Positions 1 through 13,299 of a stretch of DNA of 64,000 nucleotides are shown here, one piece after another. Position 1 is the stretch's first letter. Every line of letters starts with the position of its first letter. The notes below the pieces were generated by a model that saw nothing but the letters and a program-made list of their open reading frames with translations, was not told the DNA's origin and ran no database searches. Source of the stretch: Sarea resinae (taxonomy: Eukaryota); NCBI GenBank assembly GCA_026026165.1, contig JAPEUD010000039.1:1-64000 (forward strand). Direction: 5' to 3'. A program made the position numbers and the translations under genes.

Positions 1-152
1 GGGGGGGGGGGGCGCTCAGACCCGGCATGGGGCTGTCTAATTTACAACTTGTGCTCGTTACCTCATTACTATGAATCTAGACATCCTGATATATGACTTT
101 ACTACCCCAAATACATCAGGTATCATGTTGCCAATCGTGAAATGCTCCCAGG

Positions 153-1285
153 ATGAGATTCTCGTTCCGCATCGCTATAGCGGCTTCTTTGCTCCTCGCG
201 ACGTTCCTGGCTGGACACCACCTCGAATTAATCAGACACCAGTGGAAAGAGTCTGAGCTATGGACTGAATCGACTCCTGCAGACTCGGATCTCATTCTCG
301 TTCCAGTGACCAATGTCACGGGGAGCGCCGGAGCGTCTTCGAGCTCTGCTGCAAGCTCCGCGAACGTTACTTTTCTTTCGAGAGAGAGGCTTCCTTCGGC
401 AACCTCTACATCGACGCAGGCTGCGCAGGATACGGATTTCTCTCAGGATATAGAAGATCAAGACTTGTCCCTTGAGGCTTTTTCTCCTGAAAAGGTAGTG
501 GTAATGGCAAGACTGCAAGGCGAGGACGTGGACTGGGTTCGAGAGGATCTGCCCGAGTAAGTAAACCGTCCGCGATGAGCTTGCCGGGTCACGAGAACGC
601 CCTCTGACAACCATCAGGTGGGGACGCGCCATCTATACCGTGGATGATCCCAATGCAACACTGCGCACGCCAGCCAACAAAGGTAAAGAGTCAATGGCCT
701 ATCTCACCTACATAGTCGACCATTATCACGATTTGCCATCCGCTATTGCCTTTGTTCATAGCCATCGGGACGGCTATCCAAGAGCTTGGCATACGGATGT
801 GGAGAATTATAATAATGTTGAATCGCTGAAATCCCTTAGACTTGACTTTGTTCATCGCCAGGGTTATGCCAATCTCCGATGCAATTATTTGCCGGGATGC
901 CCCGACGAGGTCCAACCCTTTCGAGATCCGCCTCAGGAACATCGAGATGTCGAACGTCTATTTCCTGGCATCTGGAGGCGCCTTTTCAGTTATCTCCCTG
1001 TACCTGATACGATCGGAGTGGCATGTTGCAGCCAATTCGCTGTCTCGAAGTCTCAGGTACATGCTAGACCGTTGGAGGACTATATAAAATATAGAGATTG
1101 GATACTGGGAACCGAGTTAGATGACGAGCAAAGCGGTAGAGTGATGGAGTACCTGTGGCATATAATATTTGGACGTGATGCCATCTAGTGAGTTCAGTCT
1201 TTGTTTCTAGGGTTTGGCTACTAATGTCCGTTCAAGTTGTCCGGATCTGCGGAATTGTTACTGCAATGTATATGGTATATGCTGA
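153..1285 (+). CDS. DUF3431 family protein (N-terminal signal/anchor), 3 exons
   Basis: ORFs 153-560 and 640-1188 joined by a GTAAGT..CAG intron (~557-618); second intron 1188-1236, stop at 1283-1285. Motifs NKGKESMAYLTYIVDHY, AWHTD, CCSQFAVS, GRVMEYLWHIIFG are typical of DUF3431. Confidence 0.85.
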
Positions 1286-1668
1286 CCGCTTGTATCCGTT
1301 TTGTTGCACCGCCATGGCAATTCGGCGCGTGGCGTTGGTCATTGGAGCGACTGAAATTGATTCGATGCTGCAAGTTCTCTTTGTCTTCTTTCTTGAGCTC
1401 TTGTAAAATCGTACTTGGCGGATGCTTTCAGGAGGAAGCGACAGTGGGAGATGGAGCGCGCCAGTCATGCGAAAAAACGCCAATGAACCCTACCAGCGCC
1501 ATGGAAATCTACATGCAAGTGCCTACTCCTGTGGACGCCGTCAGCTCCCCACATCTCCTGCTGGATTCGCCCACATACTCATCATGATGATGATTCATTT
1601 CGTCTCGAACCACCCCTCAACCCTCTCAACAAGCTCACCCTTCTTCCCGCGATCATTCAATCTCTTGC

Positions 1669-3803
1669 CTACAAGCCATTCCTGAAGCACAGGAACCACG
1701 AGCTTAGAGACCTTGTTCTTTTCATACAGCACCCGCATTTCGTCATCGTCCGGCACTGGGTAGCGAGAACCCGGAGCGCCCGAAGGGGCATGTGATGAGG
1801 CCGTGATAGAAGGGGTGACAGAAGTGGACGTCCTGGACCGCTTGGAAGAGCCGTTTGTTGCCGCAATTGAGGAGGGAGCACCTCTTTTGGAACCTGTCGG
1901 TGCGCCGAGTTGGTTTTCTTTTTGCCAGGCGCGGTATTGCTGCTCGAGCTCTTGGCCCCACTCAATGACGTATTCACCGGCGCGCTGAAGGAATTGTTAG
2001 TATCAATTGTTCAGCTGAGTCTCTCAACCTACTTTGTCAATTTGGCGATACTTGGGAATGGTTTTATCTTCGGCTTTTTCTGGGAGATCTTCTTCCAGGG
2101 CCATGGCTTGAAGGATTCGGTAGTGCCATTGGAGTGCTAGAGTAGCGATTAATTTCCGAAGCATCATCTTCTTCAGAGGATCATACCGGGATTGGGATAT
2201 TTGTGAGGGTCATATTGCGCTTTAGGAAGCTGTAGCTGCTGGACCACCACGCGCATCATGTCGACAAGAGAGTCGGTGGCTCGAACGAGGATCGTATCAG
2301 GGTTGTTGCGTATGTCATCTGCGAACGGAAGAGGAACAAGCCACATGCCGGGCGGATAGACTTGCTCGCCATTGTCTCCTTTCTTCTCTGGGCCGGGCAG
2401 GAGCGCGGCGATGACGGGAGCTGCGTTCTTTCGGGCAATATACCAGACGAGTCCCATCTTTTCATCTTTAAGAAGCTTCTGCTGCAGTGCCGAAAAGACC
2501 CGTGTCGAACCGACATAGTCTTCTTCTGATGGGTAGATGAAAGTGGATTGCTTCAACGAAGCCCAGATGGGGAGCATGGAGATCGGCTTGAAGCCCAGGA
2601 TTCGAATCACGGGATCACCGAAATATCGTATCGCGGTGATCTCTTCAGGTGTGAATGATACCTGCTCGCCTCCAAATTTGTATGCTTTTCTAATCTCGCT
2701 TTTCTCGACTGTGCGCGCCGTATCTTCTGCCATTTGTGTGGTCACGCCTTTGGCAATCTCGGCCTTTTCGCCGTTCAGCCAAACATAGCAGCTCCGGGCC
2801 GGAGATTGGCGCTTGAAAATGATGTAGCCTTTCACAGAGATCTTCAAGCCAGGTCCGATCTCCAGGGGTATATTTGAAAACAATGCTCTCCGAGCAACAG
2901 CTTTTGAATTGATCGACGAGAGGAGAGAAGTGAGAAGAGAGATACCGTCTCCAGTCGATGATGCCTTTGTCACCGATGCCGTCGGGGCAGGAGCTTCAGG
3001 ATCAGTGGGCGATGAGCTGTAGACGATGTCCTGGAAGAGTCAGCAGAAGCTCTTCATAGAATAGCCATCACTGACATTATAGAATTTGTGACGATTGAAC
3101 TCATGATCTGGCTTGGATATTGGGAATAGTTCAATGATGACGCCCAGATCGTACAGATCCTTGGCTCGAACCGCCGCTGCCGATTGCAAAGCTTTGTCTC
3201 GAGCATGTGGATCATCGTTGTCGCTGACCAGGAACAATCGTCGAGAAGAGAAATTGGGGGCCCTGGTTGTGAAGATCTGGTTCGCGCAGAATAGCACATT
3301 TGCCATGGAAACCGGCTCCTTGGATGGGACCAGTAAGTCGCGCGATCCCTCTTCGTCTTCCACCAATCCCTTTAGTCGTTTGACGTCTCCAGCTGACGGA
3401 ATATCCAAGTCGGAAAGGAGGTAGCAGTGGGGATACGAAAGACCTCCTCTGGAGTGCTCGCTTTCGTCCTGAAATTTGGACAGTTCGGTACCAAAAAGCA
3501 GAATGCCCATCATGTCATTTGGGTTGGAGATGATGCGCTGCTGCATGAGTGCATATGCACACTTGAGAGCCGCCGTTGTCGGCGTATCAAGGTCGGCCTT
3601 TTTCGAATCCGAAGGCGGAGGGGCCGTTAACATTGATGGACTAACATCGATGGCGAAGAGAACGGCATCTTTGATAGTTTTGTAACCCTGAATCTCCATG
3701 AGCTGGGCCGTATTTTATCAATCAGACTATCACTCACGGTCTGATCGACTTCCTCCTCTTCCTCCTCGTCAAGGTCGTCTCGACCATCCCACCTCTCGGC
3801 CAT
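1669..3803 (-). CDS. KU70: Ku70 (ATP-dependent DNA helicase II 70 kDa subunit, NHEJ), multi-exon
   Basis: vWA domain [13 protein letters not shown]...[16 protein letters not shown] (3040-3699); beta-barrel [31 protein letters not shown] (2173-2973); C-terminal exon(s) to the stop at 1669; ATG at 3803 followed by an acidic N-terminus. Confidence 0.95.
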
Positions 3804-4409
3804 GTTCGTATGCTGGTTCGTCGTTTGCTCGGAAAATGGAGAGCTACACAGAGAAGCAAGCTGTCAGATGATATCGAGTCTCGTCAACGTGGCTTCTTAA
3901 GCGTTGGCATTGAAATTGTAATGTACACCTCACTGATCAATTGCTTCCAGAGCACCTCGTGATATGAATCCGAGATGCATTACCATATCCAGGCAGACGC
4001 GTTTCGCGTGTTAATTGTGTCATGGCTCTCCAGGCAACCATGTACTTTGTACTCTGCGCTCCTTGGTTCTACCAGCTGCCGTATCTATTACGGCATTTGT
4101 TAGCGACATACTAGGTATATATTAGCTTAGTCATCAACATGGGCCTGGTCTGGACCAGCTTTCCGATACCGTTGCTCTCATTGGACATTCATTTCGGGCA
4201 AACTCGCGTAGCTGCTAAGTAAGACTCCCGTCGTCTCATCGATTCGCGGACCATTGACATTCGTCATGGATCGTCGACCATGGACCATAACTAGTAGTGA
4301 GCTCTAATCTTCCGTGTACCTACCTGTAGTTTCCTCATACCTTCTTTCATATTTCAACAGCTGGCCATTGTCCAACGATACGTTTATCTTTTCATCCAGT
4401 CGAGCTTTG

Positions 4410-5805
<1,396 letters not shown>

Positions 5806-6267
5806 AATCTGTTCATAGTGGTATGGAATGCCGATTGGAATGCAGAGTTTACTTTCAAGTACTCCACGACCGACGAGATGACCTTCTCCTTTCTCCCCTC
5901 CTGTCTCCAGTTTTAGCGATGCATCTAGACGAATACGAAGTAGCTGCTCTTGTAGTCGCGTAGATCACGCCTAAGCGACGCCATGTTCCGGGATGAGCGC
6001 ACCTGCCATTCGTCTTCAAGGGCTCTAGTCAGGCACGTCGTTCAGGGTCGCGTGGGTCCTCCGCTCCCGTATGTACCTTCTCATCCTCTTCGTCGTTCCT
6101 CCTTTCATCATCCTGCGCTTTCCTCCACCACATTCGTTTTTCTTTCCGATTGCATTTCACTAGAAGGTGTCGGGAGTCCTTTATTGGAATTCACGATTGA
6201 CCTTTGTCCCCTCATTATTCTTTGTCGCTCACTACCAGAGAGAGAGAGTCTTACGACCTCTGTCGTC

Positions 6268-8164
6268 ATGTTTTCGAAAGGGAAACTGCCGTCGTACTTT
6301 CCAGCGGCATGCATACTAGTCATTATATCTCTACATCTACTAGGATGGGATGGCCTATCGAACGCTCCCACTTCGCCAATTCTCAAAATCAATTCGCCAT
6401 GGGCCAATCTGCCTTTGGACTTTCCCGTGTCCTCGATGATCCCTCTGCCGCGGGGTAAAGCGAAAAAGATACCCACCGTGCAACACATCTTCGCCAACGA
6501 GTCGAGTACAGCTTTTGTCGAGAGAGAGGTCAGACGTGCCGCAGTGAAGCGGGCGTTTCATCACTCGTGGGAGGGATACAAAAAGCATGCATGGCTTTCG
6601 GACGAGATTGGACCCTTGACGGGAACTTCGAAGAACCCTTTCTGCGGCTGGGCCGCAACCGCCGTGGACAGTCTTGACACATTATGGATTATGGGGATGA
6701 AAGAAGAATTTGAGGACACAATCAAGGCGTTGGGAACGATTGATTTTACTACAACCGAGTCTGGCTCGATCAGCGTTTTCGAGACCGGGATCAGGATCCT
6801 GGGCGGTTTCCTGGGTGCCTATGATGTGAGCGGAGGCATTTATCCTGCTCTACTGGTGAAGGCCGTGGAGGTTGGAGATATGCTCTACGCCGCGTTTGAC
6901 ACTCCGAACAGAATGCCCGTCTCTCATTGGGATCTTCAGGCGTGAGTTGTCTCAACTCCTGTCATACTCATTACTAAAGGTCTTTTCAGGCGCGCTCGGG
7001 GCGACTTCTTACAAGTAGCTTCCCGCAGCACCTCGCTGGCCGACTTTGCCTCTCTGACTCTCGAATTCACCCGGCTCTCTCAACTAATGGAGAACCCCAA
7101 GTACTTCGACGCCGTACAGCGTATCACAAACGAGCTGGAGAGATCGCAGAACAAAACGCGACTTCCTGGCATGTGGCCTGCCGTTTTTGACGCGTCCGCG
7201 CTCGCGTTTGATTCGGGGAACGCCTTTTCCGTCGGAGCTCTCAGCGACTCTGCGTATGAATACTTTCCCAAGGTGAGCAATTCTCCAGGTGCATCTCTCC
7301 ATTCTGACCCCTCTTTAGCAATACATGATGCTCGGCGGTCGGTCTCAACAGTACCGCAAAATGTACGAAAAGTCCTTTCGGGTCTTTGAAGACCATATCT
7401 TCTACCGTCCCATGACACCAGACAACTCCGATATTTTATTTTCAGGCAACGCCTTAGTCTCAAGTGAAGGCGATGTCGCTCTGGACCCCGAGGCACAGCA
7501 TCTCACCTGCTTTGCCGGCGGCATGGTTGGTATCGGTGCGAAGATCTTCGACCGACTTGAAGATATGGATACTGCTCGGAAGCTCGTCGATGGTTGTATC
7601 TGGGCTTACAGCATCACGCCAACTGGAATCATGCCCGAATCCTTCCGGGTGATGAAGTGCCAGGACCCCAAGCACTGTGTTTGGAATGAGGAAAAGTGGC
7701 TGTCTACCAAGTACGGCGAACATTTGCCGCGGGGTTTCACCTCGATGGGCGATAGCAGATATATCTTGAGGTATTTCACCCCATTCACAAGACTGACAAA
7801 TACTTACACGTCACCGTAGACCGGAAGCCATCGAATCGGTCTTTGTCTATTATCGCCTCACAGGCGACACTTCTTACCAGGATAAGGCCTGGCAGATGTT
7901 TGAGGCTATTGAGCGCTACACCCGCACCGACATTGCCTATTCGTCGATCAAGGACGTGACCGTTCCCGAGCCTGAGAAAATGGACGAGATGTCTAGTTTC
8001 TGGACCGCCGAGACGCTGAAATACTTCTATCTCATCTTTAGCGAACCGGACTTGATCAGTCTGGATGATTTTGTGCTGTTAGTGCCGCTCCACTTTGTAA
8101 TGAATATGTCTGACCATGGTGACGCAGAAACACTGAAGCTCACCCTTTTAGGCGACCCTTGTAA
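6268..8164 (+). CDS. Glycoside hydrolase family 47 alpha-1,2-mannosidase, multi-exon
   Basis: [93 protein letters not shown] across introns; N-terminal TM anchor. Confidence 0.92.
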
Positions 8165-8787
8165 GGTTTAACGTGTTCTAGGCGTCCCACTATTTTTCAT
8201 TGACCGTCTATCTACTCGAAGGAGGCAAATTTCTGGCGTTCAAGGTCTCATTATCGTCACTCTCTGCATCATTTTACCCAACCGACGACCTAGGAGTTTG
8301 TATCATAGATGGGATATGTATCGGCACATCCGATCAGGATTTTTCTACCACTTTCACTCTTGTCAGACTTTCAATAATAGGAAATCAAATTCCATGGATG
8401 AACCGACGAATATTCGCCAATACGGAAACATGATGCCGCTCGCGAGTGCTTACCCTCGAATGCAAGCATTCACTCGGACAGTTCACATGACTGCTCTCGA
8501 GGAGAGTGCTGCCCTCCAAAGGCAAAGGTTCACTGCTCGGACCTATTCAAATCTTCAAGATTCACCAAGCAGCTCATGGCAAATTTAATCTCGAGTGCTG
8601 ATATATGAACTCTGCCTACTCCTCTTTCTTTGATTTCTTATTCCTATCACTTCGGCCAACCACAACACCAAGCCAGTAATACAACTTTGATTACTACGCA
8701 TCCCGTTGGCCTACAGTCATTCGTCAGGGAAAGGAAAGTCAATGCCAGCTGCTTCTCGCTCTCTGCCAAAAGAAAGAGCCAAAAAGA

Positions 8788-8906
8788 ACATACAGCAGCG
8801 GGTATTCGCTGGTCGTCACCGACCCAACTACTAATCCGCCGGTTTGTGGTTTGAGTACAGGAGAGCGGACGGGATCCTCTATATTCCACAACCTATGGCC
8901 GTATGT
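8788..8906 (-). rRNA. 5S rRNA gene (dispersed copy)
   Basis: Reverse complement reads ACATACGGCCATAGG...GATCCCGTCCGCTCT...GGATTAGTAGTTGGGTCGGTGACGACCAGCGAATACCCGCTGCTGTATGT (119 nt), followed by a T-rich Pol III terminator. Confidence 0.95.
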
Positions 8907-9109
8907 ATCAGGTATGCAGCAAACTGATGTAGAAGTTTCTAGAGAACAGTCTCGGATGGCTTATCTGAGGCCGCTCTTGGCTCCGCGGGCCGGTTCCGCA
9001 TTTGGACATACCCGACGACTTGCTAGAGTTTTGTGCCCCGGCCATGTCTTGTTGTGTTCATTGCCTTTTACCGTTTCTTTAGCGGCATACTTTGGAAAGC
9101 TTAAAAAGC

Positions 9110-9450
9110 CAACGAGAACGATCTGCGGTCAGATCGTAACTCCACGGCCATGAAGAAGTTGACGAGCATCTAGGGCCTAAGAAAGATCCATGCTCCTCAA
9201 GGAGGAGTGACCATCGTGCAGGGCCGACCGGGGACGGGCAAGTCCAAGACGCTGGCACACTTCATCCTCTCCGTCCGTGAGAAGCACCCAACGATTGTAC
9301 TAATGCTAACCTCGACTTGATGAAAACAACTTGGTCCCACGAGAGGAGCATGAGGCACAGAATGCTGCCTTCCATGCCGCTCAGCGCCGCCGAAAGAACA
9401 TCGCCAAATACAAGAAGAAAGGCAAATTCAGAGCCGCAAAGAGAGGAGAA
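9110..9450 (+). pseudogene. Mosaic relic of SF1 helicase fragments fused to a fragment of the 33.5-33.8 kb orphan ORF
   Basis: 9110-9185 resembles 39180-39247. 9190-9290 (GGVTIVQGRPGTGKSKTLAHFILS) resembles 39443-39541. 9301-9450 (LVPREEHEAQNAAFHAAQRRRKNIAKYKKKG) resembles the reverse complement of ~33655-33810. Confidence 0.75.
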
Positions 9451-10482
9451 ATAATCTTCGTTAAACGATACTAAAAAGGCAGAGCTGAAGTCTTCACCGC
9501 GACGGCACCTTGAAAGACCATTGGACTAGAGTATTGATGTCAAAGGCCGATCCAAGCACATATTGATCAGGCGAAAGGATTCAGCGACTCGCCAAGATCA
9601 CGTACCATATGGCTGTTCTAATAGTGGAATTCTATGATATACATAACTAACGCGAGACTAAAGAAAGGTACCTAATTTCATGTTATCAGTTTTACATCCT
9701 TGGAATGCGGGGATTAGAATTGAAGGGTTTGGGACACACAACGGAGTGAATAATACATGATATGACTATGGTCAAGTGGGATAGTCTCCAGAAGGCAATG
9801 ATAGTGAATACACAGTGAATATGCAGTGACTACACACTGACTATACAAGGAATGCTTAGCAAACGTCTTCTCGAAGGACAGCAGTCTTCGAGGCAGGAAG
9901 GCATTGCCGGTGTTTCTGGCAGACAAAGCTCGACAGACTCAGCAGAGGAATGAAAGCGACCTCGAAGCGTATATAGCGACGACGTCCATCGATCAGCGAC
10001 GTCTTGAGACTGCGACGTTCTTTTTCCGGTCGCATATCTGCTTTGGCCTGTACCTCAATGGTGAGGGCCAATCTCATGCGTGAATCCCGGAAATGCAAAA
10101 GAATACCGTCGCGAGAAGGAAGAGGATTGGGCCATTGTTGTCAATTAGAAGGATTCATACAGCTCAGTCAAGCGCCGTGCACAGACATCTGCCACGTCGA
10201 AAGAATATAAGGTAGGTAGGTAGGATCCAGAGAAATTGGTCAGGTGAGAAAGTATGACTATGGAATAACAGTCCCAATTGTGCGAGACTCGTCTGATTCC
10301 CGAGGTCAGGAAAGACGACGACTGTGGGCCCAGCCCTAGAGGGTGAGGTAGTAGACCAGGTACCCGTATAGCAAGACATCCATATCCAACTTTCTAAAGA
10401 ACTCCAAACCACCTGCACCTACAAAAGCATCCTGCTTCCTGCCCGCGAAACATCATTTCAGAGCACAAATTTGTATTCTCTT

Positions 10483-10515
10483 TTCTATAGTTGCTTCGGC
10501 GACTTGCAGTAATTG
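10483..10515 (+). repeat. Single copy of the dispersed stem-loop repeat (a partial second copy follows at ~10539-10560)
   Basis: TTCTATAGTTGCTTCGGCGACTTGCAGTAATTG is nearly identical to the reverse complement of the 34363 unit. Confidence 0.8.
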
Positions 10516-10558
10516 AGATCTCCGCCTCCTCTTTTCTCTTCTGCAGTTGCTTGCAGCG

Positions 10559-11917
10559 ATGAAGGAAACGTTCGTCTCCGTTCCCTCGAAAGAAATTAAA
10601 TATGTCGGCTTCACTGGGGATGCTGTCACCAGAGGTGTTGACAAGTGGTACTCAGACGACGAACTTGTTCCGCGTGATCGATGAGTTACTGCGTATGATA
10701 TTCCCAGGAAATCTCTGGTGGATACAAACTGACGATTGATTAGCTCCCAACTATAACGACGAGGTTTGGCCGTTTTCTCCTTCTCCTCCCGGCCTTCCTT
10801 CTCTCCGTTCTTCCCCGGCTCTTCCTCTCGATTCTTCCCTCTCCCTCTTTCGGAGCGATCCACCTTCGAAGAGAACATGAGAAACGTCAATGCCAGCGGC
10901 GGCGGCAGTGGCTCGGAAATCGAGGGCGAAAAGACAATCAGACGAGAGGTGAGCAAGATTGTAAAGGTGAAGATGGAGATAGAGGATAGTGAGAACGAAA
11001 GGGTGGCATGGGGGGAAGGGAAAGGTAAGATATTACACTCCTCTGAAACAGGCGGCAATCGGTTAGATGAGCCTAACATTCACTATAGCACCCATTGTGA
11101 TCAGTGATGAGGATGATGACGATAACGATGATGGAAAACGATAGGCCTGAATGCTTTGCGAATAGTATTCTTTACTGATATATTAAATAGAGAGATGACT
11201 CGGGCTTTGGTAGAGAAAGGTCGGTCTTCTCTGCGGCGGGAGGAGCCAGCTCCACCAAGTATGCCCCAGACAAAGAGCACTCAAAGACGTGCCTGGCGGC
11301 GACTACCATCGTCAACGCCAGCGCTAGCGCCACCATCATCGCCACTATCATCGCCATCGCTCCCACCACGACGGAGAAGGATCATCGATATGATGACTGT
11401 TGACGACGAGCAGTCTCGTGGTTTGGGTCGTCCGACGACGGCAACAGCGGTGGTGCCGCAACGGCCGCATCATGCACACCATGTGACATGTGGCCGTGTT
11501 GGGAAAGCACCAAGCGCGACGGTCACAACAACCACGACGATGGTGACGGGAGCGGCGACGGCGACGGCAAGAGCAGCGGCAAGAGCATCTGCGACCTTGG
11601 CGGATGAGGTCAATGGGAAGGGACTGGCACGGAAGTCGCTGCGGAGGGAAGCTTCGCCAGAACCAGCCCCACGGCAAGCACGGCAAGCACGGCTATCACT
11701 GCCATCACTGCCAACGTTGCCGACATTGCTACTACTACCGGCAGGCACAAGATGGTTGACAGGACCGTCACTGTCTCTTCCTCGGGTGCCAGCGAAGAAG
11801 CCGCAGGTCTACAGGAAAGGTGGAAAAGCGGGTGCCTTGGGTGCTGCCAAGAAGAGGATGGCGGAAGAAAAGGAATGAGACGAGGAGTATGCGCCCCCCT
11901 CTAAGAAGAAGAGGTGA
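10559..11917 (+). pseudogene. Low-complexity orphan ORF region (acidic, then Arg/Pro/Thr/Ala-rich), ending in a PPSKKKR NLS-like motif; probably broken
   Basis: ORFs 10766-11107 and 11156-11878 with a frame break before ...EEYAPPSKKKR* (stop 11915-11917); no recognisable domain. Confidence 0.3.
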
Positions 11918-12990
11918 GCGTAGATCTACGTGCTTGCAATAGCTTTCAAATATTAGACCGTTTCATGATCAGATGTCGTGGGTGCTTGATAAAACACCGT
12001 CGTTCACCCTGATGAACCACCAGGGCTGGTCAAGGCAGATGCTGTCTGAAACGAAAATGACACGAAGTCCGTTCGGGTGCGCTCCCCTTTAGAGTTTAGA
12101 CTTTCGACGGGCGTACTCCGTGCGGTTCAGTGCGAATTGCCTGCCCCCCCGATAGTGCTTCCTACTATAGCAGCGACCTGCGCTAATTATCGTCATAGGG
12201 CCCACTGCCTCCATGGCACTTCCTCGCCAGCTTCCTAGCGAGCTCGCTCGCTCGCCATGCCTCCGTCGGGTCCTAATACTGCGCTGGAACTCAGGGTCGC
12301 TATTATGACCCTAAAGCACACGATGAATCTCAGCTTTCTACATGTTAAACAGCTGCTTAGTGTTAAGAGGCTTACAGCTCAGTCAATCTGGCAGCGAGCA
12401 GCGGAACAAGCTCCTACAAATCACGACATCTACAACTTGCTTGCCTATGCACGTGTATTTCCACTGCCTAGTCGACCTCCTATTGTTTAAGACAGTACAC
12501 TACTTTCTTAAGCTATTTAGACTTTAATGGTTAAGAATCCTTAGGCCACTTTCAAGGAGGCAGGAAACGCAGTACTGCTAGCAGTCGTAGCCACTAACAC
12601 AGAGCTCTAAAAGGCACTTGATTAACAAATAATAGATTGCGAGTTCTAGAAGGATAGCAACTCTAAGTCTCTCTACTACTACTGCCTCTTCCTTAGCTTA
12701 CTAAGTTATAGTGTGATTAAAAGGATTGTATATTAACACTGTGATCTAGACTACTCTTATAAGATTGTTAGAGCTGTAGTACTCTAGAGACTAAGGCTTA
12801 CTAGAGATAATATTAAGATATAGTTAGAATTTACACACTAGGCTAAGAAGGAGATATTAAATAGAGTAATCTTTCTCTTCTTAGATAAGACCTTTATTAA
12901 ATTTAGATCTAGCTGTATATATAGAAAGCCTAGGATCTTATAGCCTAGAGAGGCTACTATAGTAGAAGAATATTTAGTTCCTATTATATT

Positions 12991-13299
12991 TGTAAGGGCT
13001 ACTACTAATAGGGGTGCTGTATAGGGTTTAGCGCAGCGTAGAGTAACTACCTAGTGTAGTTTAGCAACGTTTAGGTAAGCTAAGCAAGGTTATTAGTTAT
13101 ATAGATTAATAGAGGCGCTAGCTATTAGGGCTAGCGTTTAGTGCAATTACAAAGTTAGTGCCTACTAGCAATATCTATATCTATAGTATTAGTTCTGCAT
13201 TGCTAGAGTGACACTAGCACGCTGCAGTGTACTAGCCTATTTGATTGTGCTATTCCTACTTACTCTACTATAGCTAGAAGTCTAAGAGGCAGTCTAACA
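12991..13299 (+). repeat. 5' LTR of outer Gypsy element
   Basis: TGTAAGGGCT...AGTCTAACA; direct repeat of 32395-32703, differing mainly by C/T and G/A transitions. Confidence 0.95.

Noticed and set aside
1..12. Poly-G run at the window start (and a G run at ~48395)
   Set aside because: Simple homopolymers, uninformative without flanking context.
12020..12070. Left terminal inverted repeat of the Tc1 element
   Set aside because: No matching reverse-complement copy found near 33 kb, so the boundary cannot be supported.
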